Positions 38,194 through 49,330 of a stretch of 64,000 bases of DNA are shown piece by piece (the first letter of the stretch is position 1; each line of letters opens with the position of its first letter). The translations under genes were made by a program, and so were the position numbers. The notes under the pieces were generated by a model, which was not told the origin of the DNA, searched no databases, and saw only the letters and a program-made list of their open reading frames with translations. The stretch is taken from the NCBI GenBank assembly GCA_023515725.1, contig JALDTO010000146.1, positions 62,001-126,000 on the forward strand, given 5' to 3'. This DNA is from Amoeboaphelidium protococcarum X5. Its lineage: Eukaryota > Fungi > Aphelidiomycota.

Positions 38194-41193
38194 ATGTTTA
38201 ATATCTATATATCAGTATTGGTGATTTTGCATTTTGGTGTGCATGTGGTTACATCGATTAGTGTAAATACATCCTCTGGTGCGATACTCTGCCCATAGAA
38301 CCAAGTATTCAATTCGTTATCTCTTCAATGCGTCGATTGTGCGTCTAATTAAGTGATTAGTAATGGAAAGTGTTTATGTGAGTCTGGGTACATATCCTCT
38401 GGAAATTCATCCCAATGTTTGAAATGTCCGTCTGGGTAAACGAATTCTAACGATTTCAAGTTTTGCCTATAATGTCCCACATCGTCGTCGTGTTAGTGTC
38501 CAGCTGAATAGGTGCTTGTGGACCGGAATGCTGCTGGAATACCTTTAGCCGTTGCTTAATGCATATCATGTCCAACTTCTTATTATTCGGGTAATTAATC
38601 ATCGTGTATCAACTGTGGTGATGATAATGCTGCGTACTCTAATATCTCTAGGACCTGTTAATGCAGTCCGCCATTTTATTAGACAATGCAAAACGGTACA
38701 TGTATACCGTAAGCTTTTTTTGATTAAATATCAACAAGGTTTGACGTATCCACAATGAATACGCTTACTTTCAGTGTCTATAATGGAGTTAAACTATCTA
38801 AAATCAGCCATCCCTCTTAACTGATTAATAATCTGTTGTTGAAAGCCATTTATTAGTGTCAGACTGAATTGAATGCTGAATCATGTTAATCACTGGCCAA
38901 TCTTTGTGCGCTGACTTTATATAATTCTTCGTCGGCCCCTTGTTAATCATATTCTGATATTGCACGTCTCAGATCGTCATCGTAACCTCTTTAATGGATA
39001 TCTAGTGATTAATTGTCTGTCGCGAATGCTGCGTCATTGCTAAGTTCTGCAACGGGTAGGAAACTTTAAAGGAATTCTTATCCACAGAGTCTGTAGTTTA
39101 TTCTGTTAAAGTATGATGTGTTTGGAAATTTTATTGGTAGTGAATTGCTTCATTAGTAGTTGATGCTGGATAAAGTGAGCGATACTACCGTTTAAGAGTA
39201 ATATCTTATAGCTGGTCGATCATTTATAGCTCTGAGCAATGTTGATCTTTTATCTGTCATTTAAGAATCGAAAGCATAAGAGTTTTATGATTTATATTTG
39301 GTCGCTGATGACGGTAGTCTTTCATAAGTGGTGATTTAACTCGGTGACGATTAAGTTGAGTATGATATAAGTTTTGCCATTAATTAGTATTAAGGAATAG
39401 ACAAGTCAAAGTTTGGAAGACGATTTTATCTACTTGATACCGTTAGCGGGTTGGATTCGCGCGATTATCTAAAATATATCAGATATGCTCAAGATGTTTA
39501 ACTGATTGTACCTATAGCACAGGATAATAACATCATCACGCCCATATTGAAGATCAGCTATGGAACGAGACTTGTGTCATAATTATAAAGGAATAATAGC
39601 ACTTAAATTTCCAAGCCATCTTCGCGATTTTGGGTAGTTTATTGCTCTGCAACATCTTATTTTTGGTATCAGATTGGTATAGCAGTGATTGTAATTTCAA
39701 TATTGCTCTTCTTCTACTGGTCTCGTGCTATATAGATTTGGAATAGAAAGAATTCTCTTGGTTCTGAAGGATCATCGCTATTTGTAATATTCGGCTGGAT
39801 TGCCATAGGATGTTAATATCTTGGCTCTATTCTAATCTTCTTTATGTCTGCGGTGACTTATTACTGGTATCTTGAGTTCAAAGTGTACTAGCAGATAACT
39901 TCTACTGTCCCTTCTGATTCTTACAGCATATATACTTTTTATACATCTCTATACACTGGTTTGATATGTATGATTGTCTCGGTTTTGTTTACACTGCATC
40001 TGCAATGTAATAGTTCAATATTTTTAATGGATTGGGAGAAATCACATCATCAATTGGCAAAATAATAATAAAAGTAGGATGCATAGGATAGATCTAAGTA
40101 AGGAGATAGTGTAAGTGTGTGGAGACGAGTGGCTATAGCAAGAGAGCTCGTGCGATTAGTTGTAACGCGTAAAACATCCTTGGCATTGACACTTGTGCTA
40201 CTGATTGCATTTGATCAAGGTGCTATGTGGGGAGATAAAGCGTGCCTTATGCCATCCACTGATGCGTGCAAGTACTCTCCTTTCAGTCCGATATTAATGT
40301 TTGCAATTATCAGTTTTATTTGGCTCATGATTGAAGTGTGTCAATTGTTCATTAAACATGCTGTAGTGGATCGATTGACGCCTGATCCTCTCCTTAATTT
40401 GATGGACACAAGCTCTCTGGCCAATATTAGCATCTTCATTATGGACTGTCCGTATCATGGGTACTATCTGCATGGAAAATCAGTACACTAATTGGCAGAC
40501 GTTGACTTTTAATAATTTAATGCCTATCTGCTTAGAGAATAGAGTGCCGTGATGAATCGCAGAGGATTGGGTAACACAGATTATCAGTAGTTTGAAGTAT
40601 TTATTAACGGTGCTTTCTAGCAGACTTATCTACAACTGCTGAATGCTCTATAAATGAACAGAAGCGACGTTTATTAGAATCGCTCAGCTGCTGCGAGAGG
40701 TCAACTGATAGAGGAAAGTAAGACTATTCCATCAGTTGATGAGTCGCAACCATTAGCAGCTGAACGTTAAGCCGACGCGTCGACACTTAAAAAAGCAGAT
40801 CCATATCAGAGCATTAACAAGTTGTTGTGTAACTTTGTACAGAATAAGATTAAAGGAGTGAGTAGAGTATTGGTTAAGAGAACGCTGTGGAATCGCCTAC
40901 TAGGAACCATTCCATTATTCGGTCAAGACAATGCTTTCATAGCCGTGGACGATGAAGGTGTAAAATTTGCATCAACATTTATAAGGGGAATGGAGTTTCA
41001 ACTGAACGTTCTCTACTTTTACATTTACATCTCACTCTATCTAGCCACGAGTAGTATTTACACAAATGGTGGAGTCTGGCTTCCGGTACTTATAATGTTC
41101 TTGGTGGACCAAGCAATATTATCCATGCGGAGATACGCAATGAGAAAGTCATTGTCCATTCACAGCTTGATAGATGAACGGTTTCTATTTTGA
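38194..41193 (+). CDS. TMEM67: Meckelin (TMEM67/MKS3), ciliary transition-zone protein
   Basis: Signal peptide, Cys-rich repeats, CQSLANLCALTLY, RRFYLLDTVSG, IFLMDWEK, VSVWRR, SLANISIFIMDCPYHGYYLHGKSVH, C-terminal LIDERFLF*. About 999 aa. Confidence 0.9.
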
Positions 41194-43724
41194 TGAGTAA
41201 TGTCCCGATTAAATTTTGTACTCTTTGCATTAACTGATATTGTGTATTCTAATATATCTTGATTTAACTCGCGTTGCAGATCCAAGACTTACTCTTTTAA
41301 GTTAGCCTTCTAGCCTGAGAAGGTCAAACAAAATACAGCTAGCTGAACCTGTTGACTTTTAGAAACTGCATTAATCTTGATAAGATATTACATAAACTTG
41401 ATACACGCCAAACCAGCAGCAAATTGTTACGAATGAACGTCCACCTTGCCTTATAGGCACCATATCCTACTCAAAATCTTTGGGATGACATCATCTTTTA
41501 CGCGCTTAATCTACAAATTTCCAGTCTTTTGGAGAAATCTCTACAGGTATTGACACACAATCTATATGGAATTAGACTACTAATCTTCCAACATCTGCAA
41601 AAGGTACGGCCACCATAACTCCAACATTGCGACATTCTCCGGATCATTAAGAATATCTATTCCGACAATACAAATCTTCAATGCAGCCAATCTGACCGCA
41701 AACGAGTCATGACTTATGAAATCAACTAACGAATCTACGATTTACCTAGCAGCTGCTTCATCGGCAGTAAAAAGCTTTTCATTATCTTGGGTGCCATCAT
41801 ATTCATCTCCATCATCAGAATGTACCGTTTGCTCTGCGACCCAACGCAATACAGACCCAGATGCACAAGAATACTTGATACTTAACTGCGAGACTTGACC
41901 CTCTACGCATCTTTCATATTGAGAACTTTTGCCGTAATCACTTTTACATTGAATATCAACAACCAATACAATACACTCCTAAAAGAAGGAGAGTGACGCC
42001 AATATATCCTCAACCTCAGTAACAGACTTTCTAAGACGATTCAAGACTGACGAGATAAGCGTAGAAGAATACTACAAAAATTCGGGGCCAACTAACTGTA
42101 TCCAACCAGTCATAATTGATAAAGACTTAACAATATACTGACTATGTTTGAGATCCACAACTAGAACGTTCATAATCTCATTGCGAAATAATTTGAGAAG
42201 TTATGCAATGCTTTAATCGCTATCATCTAAATCCCCTAAACTTTGATAGCAGCCAGATATTGACTTGACACAATCCGTAAGATGATTTTGCAGAGAGTAT
42301 AACAATACACGAGCAGTTACTTGCTTTTACTTGATATCGCCTCCCTCTAAATTATCATATATTCTGCAAATTAATTATGCAAAGTACAGTTAATCATCAT
42401 CAACAACATTCTCAGCAGCTGTAGGAGATACTAATAAAATCGACAAGTCTTCAAGCAATCTCAACTTTAGATGGAGAGGTAGACGGTGGACAACAGCGCA
42501 TAGTGTGATTATCACAGCAATTCTATCCTGGCAATACTAGTCATTCAATCTATCCAGCAGTGGCATAACTAAAGAATACAAATCCACATACTGAATGAAT
42601 TGTTCAAGTGCCCTCTCCAAGTCGGCAGAGTTGAAATTCTAGAATTGTATACAAGACATGCCTCTTTACGAACTGTTATCTTCAGATTGAACTTTCTATT
42701 GCCTAGATGGAGTATACAAAAATAGAATACCATCCAAGACCATATCCGCCGGAACTGTGTTGGTATCTGTCAAATTACAAAGGCCATTCATCTTATTGAT
42801 GTACATCACTCTCTTCTCATCATCCACCGAATAACATACACCATTAAACTCCAATAGCATATCCGCCAACAATCGACTTAAAAGCTTTAACGACAGACAA
42901 TCAATAATCTACTACTTTACATCATTATTATACTAAGTAGATGTATTCAAGTACTTGAAGGATGGTGATGATGACATTAGATGAGTGTATGCATGAACAA
43001 TCAAACTGATGACGCGAACTCTGCTTTACTCAGGATTTATTAATGCCGCATAACAAGGTAGAAATTATTCAATGATAGACTAAGCAATAGAGGAAGATTC
43101 TTACATTACCACCTAATCAACTCTGTCTAATACAAGGCATAATTTCTAATCAGTCGACGTGTCATCTTGAGATATGCATACTCCACCACGACTTATAATA
43201 GTAGCGATAACCAGAGTGGCCATCTTTTTCATACTCAAGTGTACTTGACTTAACAACTTTACCATCGCAGACAGTATACCAGGCATAATCTTTATCACTT
43301 CTTATTCATCCAATCTACTAAGGAACTAAGACAATAGCAACAATCCATCGATTCTGATTTACAGAGCGAGACGCGTATTTACACCAACCACCAAGAGCTA
43401 GGATACTGCATAAACTTGCAATTTCTACTAAATGACTTCAGAGTACCTCTCCTACTCCATACCTATAATCTAATTCAAAAGTTTAAAACAATAATCTATA
43501 ATTATTTCATTTTTTTATTGCGACTTATCGGACAAGAGATTGAGACAAGCTACCAAGTACTGTTGTTCTAATCCAAAGATATATTACTCTGGTTAATCAA
43601 GAACGAGATTGAATACTTGCACGACCATTTATTCATTATTATTAGCAATGCTCTATTAAAATTGAGCATAAATAGCTTTAGCAATATTCAATTACAAAGC
43701 CTAATCTTAAAATTCAGCTGTCAT
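41160..43724 (-). CDS. HEAT/ARM-repeat protein, TTI1 (TELO2-interacting protein 1)-like
   Basis: About 854-aa helical ORF in table 6, with an acidic loop followed by LELWWPYLLQML and GNLQIKRVKDDVIPKI, resembling the TTI1 C-terminus. Confidence 0.55.
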
Positions 43725-43897
43725 TTCAAGACGTGATTACGGATTTAGCGTTTTGAAGCTAATGAGAGTGGATGGAAAAGAAGAGATTAAAATTTTCAAA
43801 GAGGAATGTTTGAGTGTAATCAGCGCATAAGAACAATTTCACTTTACTTTCAAGTAATTGATAAAAGCTCAATTTATTCAGAAATAATGTAGAAAAA

Positions 43898-45055
43898 TCA
43901 CCGATTCCTGGTATGACGGTCAGCAACTTGGCTAAGATGTTATTACCGTGAAGCCTTATCAAGTTCTTATTACTTTCGCTGCAGATCAACTTTGAGTTCC
44001 ATCTCGGAGCGAGCGTGTTTATCCGCAATGTACAACGCTTCGCTAAACTTGGAAAATTTATCACTGACTTTCACCTGTTACAGCTCCTTTTATAGATTCT
44101 ATCCAGCTAGTCGTTTATCTAATGAAATCACCTGACCGCCAACATTCTTCCAATTAGAGACGGCTGCAGGAATGTTCCACTGATCACGAATCTATTTCTA
44201 CTCCTCTTTGCTCTTGGCATCCCATGTTATGCTGGCTGGGGTATGTAAAACTGGAGCATTATCCTCTTCCTACCTAATCATATCGCGCTTCTTAATCCTA
44301 AATCGCGGTGGTTCAAGCGGATCTACAGGAGCTTCCACAATTCGGACAATTCTCTACTGAATTCCCAGCTGTTTATCAGGTATTGCGGGAGTATACTTTA
44401 CAAATTGATCCTTCTACTGCTTGACCACGGCGGATGGATTCGTGGCTTTGGCTCTATCTTACATGCGCTACTCAATCGCTTGTTGTGTTCGTTGAGCCAC
44501 CGCCATAGCCTCTTCCTCAGTGGGCCGCCGTAAAGATTATTATACATCCACACTGGTGAGTGACTATAATGGTTTAGCATCTTATAGAGAGGTCTTGTTA
44601 AGAGAGAGTTATAGATTTTACGAATTACTATTAACTTGAGAAATCGACTACTGATCAGCACCACCTCGGTACATCAACTGCATATTGCCTTCAGTATCTA
44701 TACGCACGGGTAGAGTTTCACCTTTCCTCTTCAATCCTCCTCTTTTGCGGCCCATATTGAGAGGATACTGGGCGAGCATAATCTCTGGATACGCTCCACC
44801 ATCTCCAAAATCACTCTACTATTCCGGTTTCCAATCCGATCTATTAGGATACCGCGGTATAATGCGATCTTGCTCCTCAATACTTGATTCTTCATCCTGC
44901 TATTCCAAGTGCTCAAATGTTCTCTATTTCTTCGATTTCTATCGATCATTACTCTATATGGAAGATTATGCTTCAGAAGAGCGACGTGGATTAGGATTAT
45001 CCACCTTCACAATCTTCGATACAGGTGAGGGAATGCTAGAAGACATGAACGGCAT
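43898..45055 (-). CDS. PRP45: SNW/SKIP splicing factor (Prp45)
   Basis: [65 protein letters not shown]. Confidence 0.93.
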
Positions 45056-46520
45056 TATACTAACAGATATCTTTCCGCTTACTTTTGTATATAAATATGC
45101 TGATATACAATAATTTCTTCAATCAGAGACAATAATACAAAAATCGCGCCCAACCAAATTCTACGCGGTATTATAACAGGAGGTGATCAGCGGTGAAAAG
45201 AGAAAAGATGTGCGAGCGAGTTCTTTCTCTCGTTCTGGCGGCATGTCGTCGCAACGGAGACGAGCATCGCCACACGTATTATCTTCTACAAAGTAACAAT
45301 GTAAAATTTGTAGATATAGTATCGAGATAAATGTAGTACTTATTTATTATTTTCATATTATTATATTTCAGCAACTGATTGTTAATATTCACACGCTCCT
45401 CTGCATGATGATTAGCATCAAGGCACTCCAATTCTGTTATACGGATGCTTGAATTGAAAACGTTCCCTTTCTCCTAATCAAGTCTAAATCTACGACATCT
45501 AAGGATTCTTAAGCATTAGCATTACAATTAACGGATCCGGTCTAATGCTGAAGCTAATCGTCACGCTGAAACAAAGTGCATGGACCAGCATAATCACCAT
45601 GATTTATAAACGGTGGTAATGCACTTTCACCACCTTCGCGATTAACACTTCATTTAGCAAGCTGTACAGGTTATGAAGTTTATAGAGCTTCAACCCAGGA
45701 GCATTAATCTCTCGCGATGGTGGACATTTGCCCCAGAATATTATAGCATCGCTTCTCTAATATCACCTTGTTCAGGCAGCGGACTAACGGGTCGAAGTCA
45801 GCGAGGCTATCGGAAAACGAACGATCGACGACAGCGATCTAATGGGTTTCCTTTCATGCCCACCACAGCTTGGTGCAGAGTGAGTGATAATATAGCACTT
45901 GCAACAGGCGAGCACGAAATCATAATATCAGGCAGACAGCATACATCCTTTCTTCTCATTAAATAAGTATGAATCGCTTACTACTACCACTCTACTGGTA
46001 CAATGCCGACATGGCATCACTGTGATTCGATTCAGACAGAAGAGGTTTCAGACGGAACAATTGATACATGTTATAGCGCCCTTAAGGCATTGGTAGAGAT
46101 ACAGCACTGACTGAGCATAAGCAATGTGTGGCAGGATGTTCCGGATTCTTACAGACTGAGCATAAATAAAGTTGAAGGCACGGAGCGTACAAATAGAGAC
46201 ATCTGGGAATTAATCGCTGTCTTGGTAGTTCAACTGTTGCGAATCATGCGCACGAGGATATCTTTCTGTATTGTTACACTATAAACACAAGCCCAACACA
46301 CCGGCTCCAGGGAAGGTTTATTGTACATTGTATTATTGAGTGAGCGGCTTGGGTTGACCGTGCAAGATCAACCTCGAACTTACCAACAATCTCAATGGGT
46401 GGCGTTTCAGAGTTTAGTCACAACGACATCATTGTTGGGCCTCGAAGTCTTGACGAAAAGTAATTAACAACATCGCGACTTAAAGAGTAATTAAATCTAT
46501 ATATAAATAATGAAACAATT

Positions 46521-47975
46521 TCAACAACTTTCGAAATCTGAAGACAGGAGGTAATGTGTCTAGAAGTGATCGTGGGCAGACTCTTCCCGACTAAGCGCAT
46601 CAGCCGCGATACCTGCAGGAAAATCATCATCACTATCATTACAAGAATTATTCTCTTGCTCATCTGAGCCAGTCGCTGGTTCAATAAATTCAGCCAACTC
46701 TTACACTCTCACCTCTTGATATAGAAAAGTTCCATCATCTGCCTCACCACACTTGAAACGTGGGGTGATTAGCTCTGCAATCTAGAAATCTTCGTGCTCA
46801 TCTTCACTGCATTCACTATTAAAAACATCTAAATCATCCTCTTAATTATTTCGACGCGTTCTTTTAGTTGGCTTTACCTTATCGATGCTATCCGGAATGG
46901 CCTTTAAAGATCGCTTCCTCGAAGATTTCGTACTTTATGACAACTTCAGTGGAGTTTGAGGGACATCTGCAGCAACAGCCTTTGGGATGCGCGACATCTA
47001 GACTTTCAACCTCTCAGATGGGTTTCTTAATAAGCATATAATTAGCGCCTTCACCAATCGCTCGCCGATAGGCTCTGTTGCATTAGCACCATCCTCCTCT
47101 GTAAAAGGATACGTAAATACTTCATTCCTTGCATCATTCTCAACAAAGATTTTAAAGCGTTCCGAGTTGAGTAGAAATATAGGAGCATGCAGAGTGTACA
47201 AAGCGGCAAACATCTGAGCAGTCCTAGAATCTTGATACCAATGTTAATGGACAGGAAATGCAGTGCGACTTTTCAACTCTGTACCAAAAAACGTCAACGC
47301 ATCACAATTAAAATCTTGAAAGCAAACGTCCATACAAGATCAATAATCATATTCAGGCCTGGCCATGATGCCCCCAATTCGCGTTTTGCGTTCTGCTGAT
47401 GGAACTGCTGCAACTTAGAGAATTAAAGCTATCACACTACCAACATTGATAAAGTGATTATTAATATTAGCTTCAGAATCAGCCCCGCGTAGAACTGTCA
47501 GATGCAATTAGACCATCTAATTATCCTTGACCATTAACCAGCAATCATTCCATTACTATTGAGAAACATTGAGCATAGCTGCCAACATATCAAGCCCCTC
47601 ATCCTAGCAGCCAAGAGGTTGAACATTTCTATACAGCGCTGGATGGAATATAACATGCTTTAACTTGGATGCATGCGGATTAACAATTACATGAGTCTAT
47701 TACTCTTAGTCATGATGGTCCGCACACGAAACTACTCTAACAGAAGCCTTTTCAACAAACTCGTGGAGCTTAATACAGTGAGATTAAATCAGATCTTGCA
47801 AGGGAGTTTTTACATTCTGATCCAAATTATCATCAGCATCATCTTCAACATAGTCTAGAATATCAACGGTTGATCCAGATCTAGAGGAATTTGCCTCAAT
47901 GTAAGCACCTGGCTCCACTCGAACTACTTATGGCAATAAAGCGTCAAGACTCTGATTGAATATAGGCATGGACAT
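46521..47975 (-). pseudogene. About 484-codon ORF with putative PD-(D/E)xK nuclease-like motif and one in-frame TGA at 47340-47342
   Basis: The frame is open on both sides of a single TGA (...RPEYDY*SCMDVCF...FFGTELK...AQMFAALY). Acidic C-terminal tail. Confidence 0.55.
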
Positions 47976-48250
47976 AAGACGCAATAATTACGTAATTAAT
48001 ATTAAGCAGTAGTATAAAAAAAGAAAATGTCTTGACGCAGTAGAAGATTTTGAGTTTATCACTGTTATGGAGCTAGTGAAACGGCAGTAAACAGGTTTCT
48101 GAAAGTGCTGTAGAAAAGAGCAATTGAAGACCAACGTGATCTTGAAATTACGGCGTGTTCATACATGTTGTCGTGCAAAGACGTGTACTATAAAGTCTCA
48201 GCCTGTGAGTAGAATGGACGCGTAACTATTATAGAATTCAGATTTTAATT

Positions 48251-49164
48251 TCAATCACATAACATCAACGCCTGCATAACGCGGTCAATGTCAAAGTTTA
48301 ATGATCTAAAAAGTGCAGCCATTAACTCGTTTGCAGCAGTCCAACGTGGAATAAGGAAATACTGCGACAAGTATTGATCGTAGATAAAGCATGTAAATGC
48401 CCCAATGAGGAAACCTGCCAAAACTTACAGAGAAGTATGGCAATTCAAGTATAGTCTACACACTAATATCCAAGTTTGTACCATAATAATCAGATAAAGT
48501 GTTAGTGTTTCGCTACAGCTATAAAGCCTTACCGAGAAAAGCACACCAACAAACTGATGCTTCCATAAAACATCACGCGAAGTATACTGCACACGAAACT
48601 AGTACGTGATATAGTGGATTGCCCTTCTCATCTTCTAACTTTAATATGCCAGCACTAGAGTTCATTTACAAGAGACTTAACATAAGCCAGAATGCCATAT
48701 ACTGCGCATGACTGGAAGGCATTCCAAATCCATCGTGTCTCTTCATGGCGCCCATCGAAAGCAATGCTGGAGGAGAACTAAGAGATGCAACATTTACAAT
48801 CACAGCCAAAATATTCTTGTCAACCTGAAGAATCACCGTATGGAAAGTCTGGACGTGGTGCTTGTATACATATGTGTTTACGCGCGCACTTGACTATTTC
48901 GATTAAGATCAAGCCAATTAGTCATAGCAGCATGTTCATAGATCGTCGCACTGTCAGGCATGAGATGAAACATGTACCAAATGGGGAGGGGAATAGCGAA
49001 GACATTTCCATGATTACAGAAATAGTAGATGTATCATACTTGAAACAACTCCATTTTGACTTACCTTCGATTTGAATATTCGGAGAGTTTTTCACCATGT
49101 CTCTCTCCTTAATCTCTTGAGAACGCAGCTCCGACCTGTCCGTCCACCTTTTTATCCTCACCAT
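48251..49164 (-). pseudogene. Dolichyl pyrophosphate phosphatase (DOLPP1/CWH8, PAP2 family) pseudogene
   Basis: PAP2 motifs KHICIQAPRP, GFGMPSSHAQYMAF and RLYLNCHTSLQVLAG. In-frame TGA at 48922-48924 sits inside an alignable TM helix, and there are further frame breaks. Confidence 0.7.
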
Positions 49165-49200
49165 CGTTTCGAGTATATTTAATACTTTGGGCGGTCTAGA

Positions 49201-49288
49201 GTTTGTTTGTTTGTTTGTTTATTTATCGTTACTATTATTAATATTATTAATAATATTATTATTATAATATAGTAGTAGTAGTAGTAGT
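49201..49288 (+). repeat. Simple-sequence tract: (GTTT)n, (TAT/TAA)n, (TAG)n
   Basis: Seen directly in the divergent intergenic region. Confidence 0.85.
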
Positions 49289-49330
49289 TTAGATTAAGAA
49301 TATTTCTTGCTTGGGTTTGTTATTAGTGGA

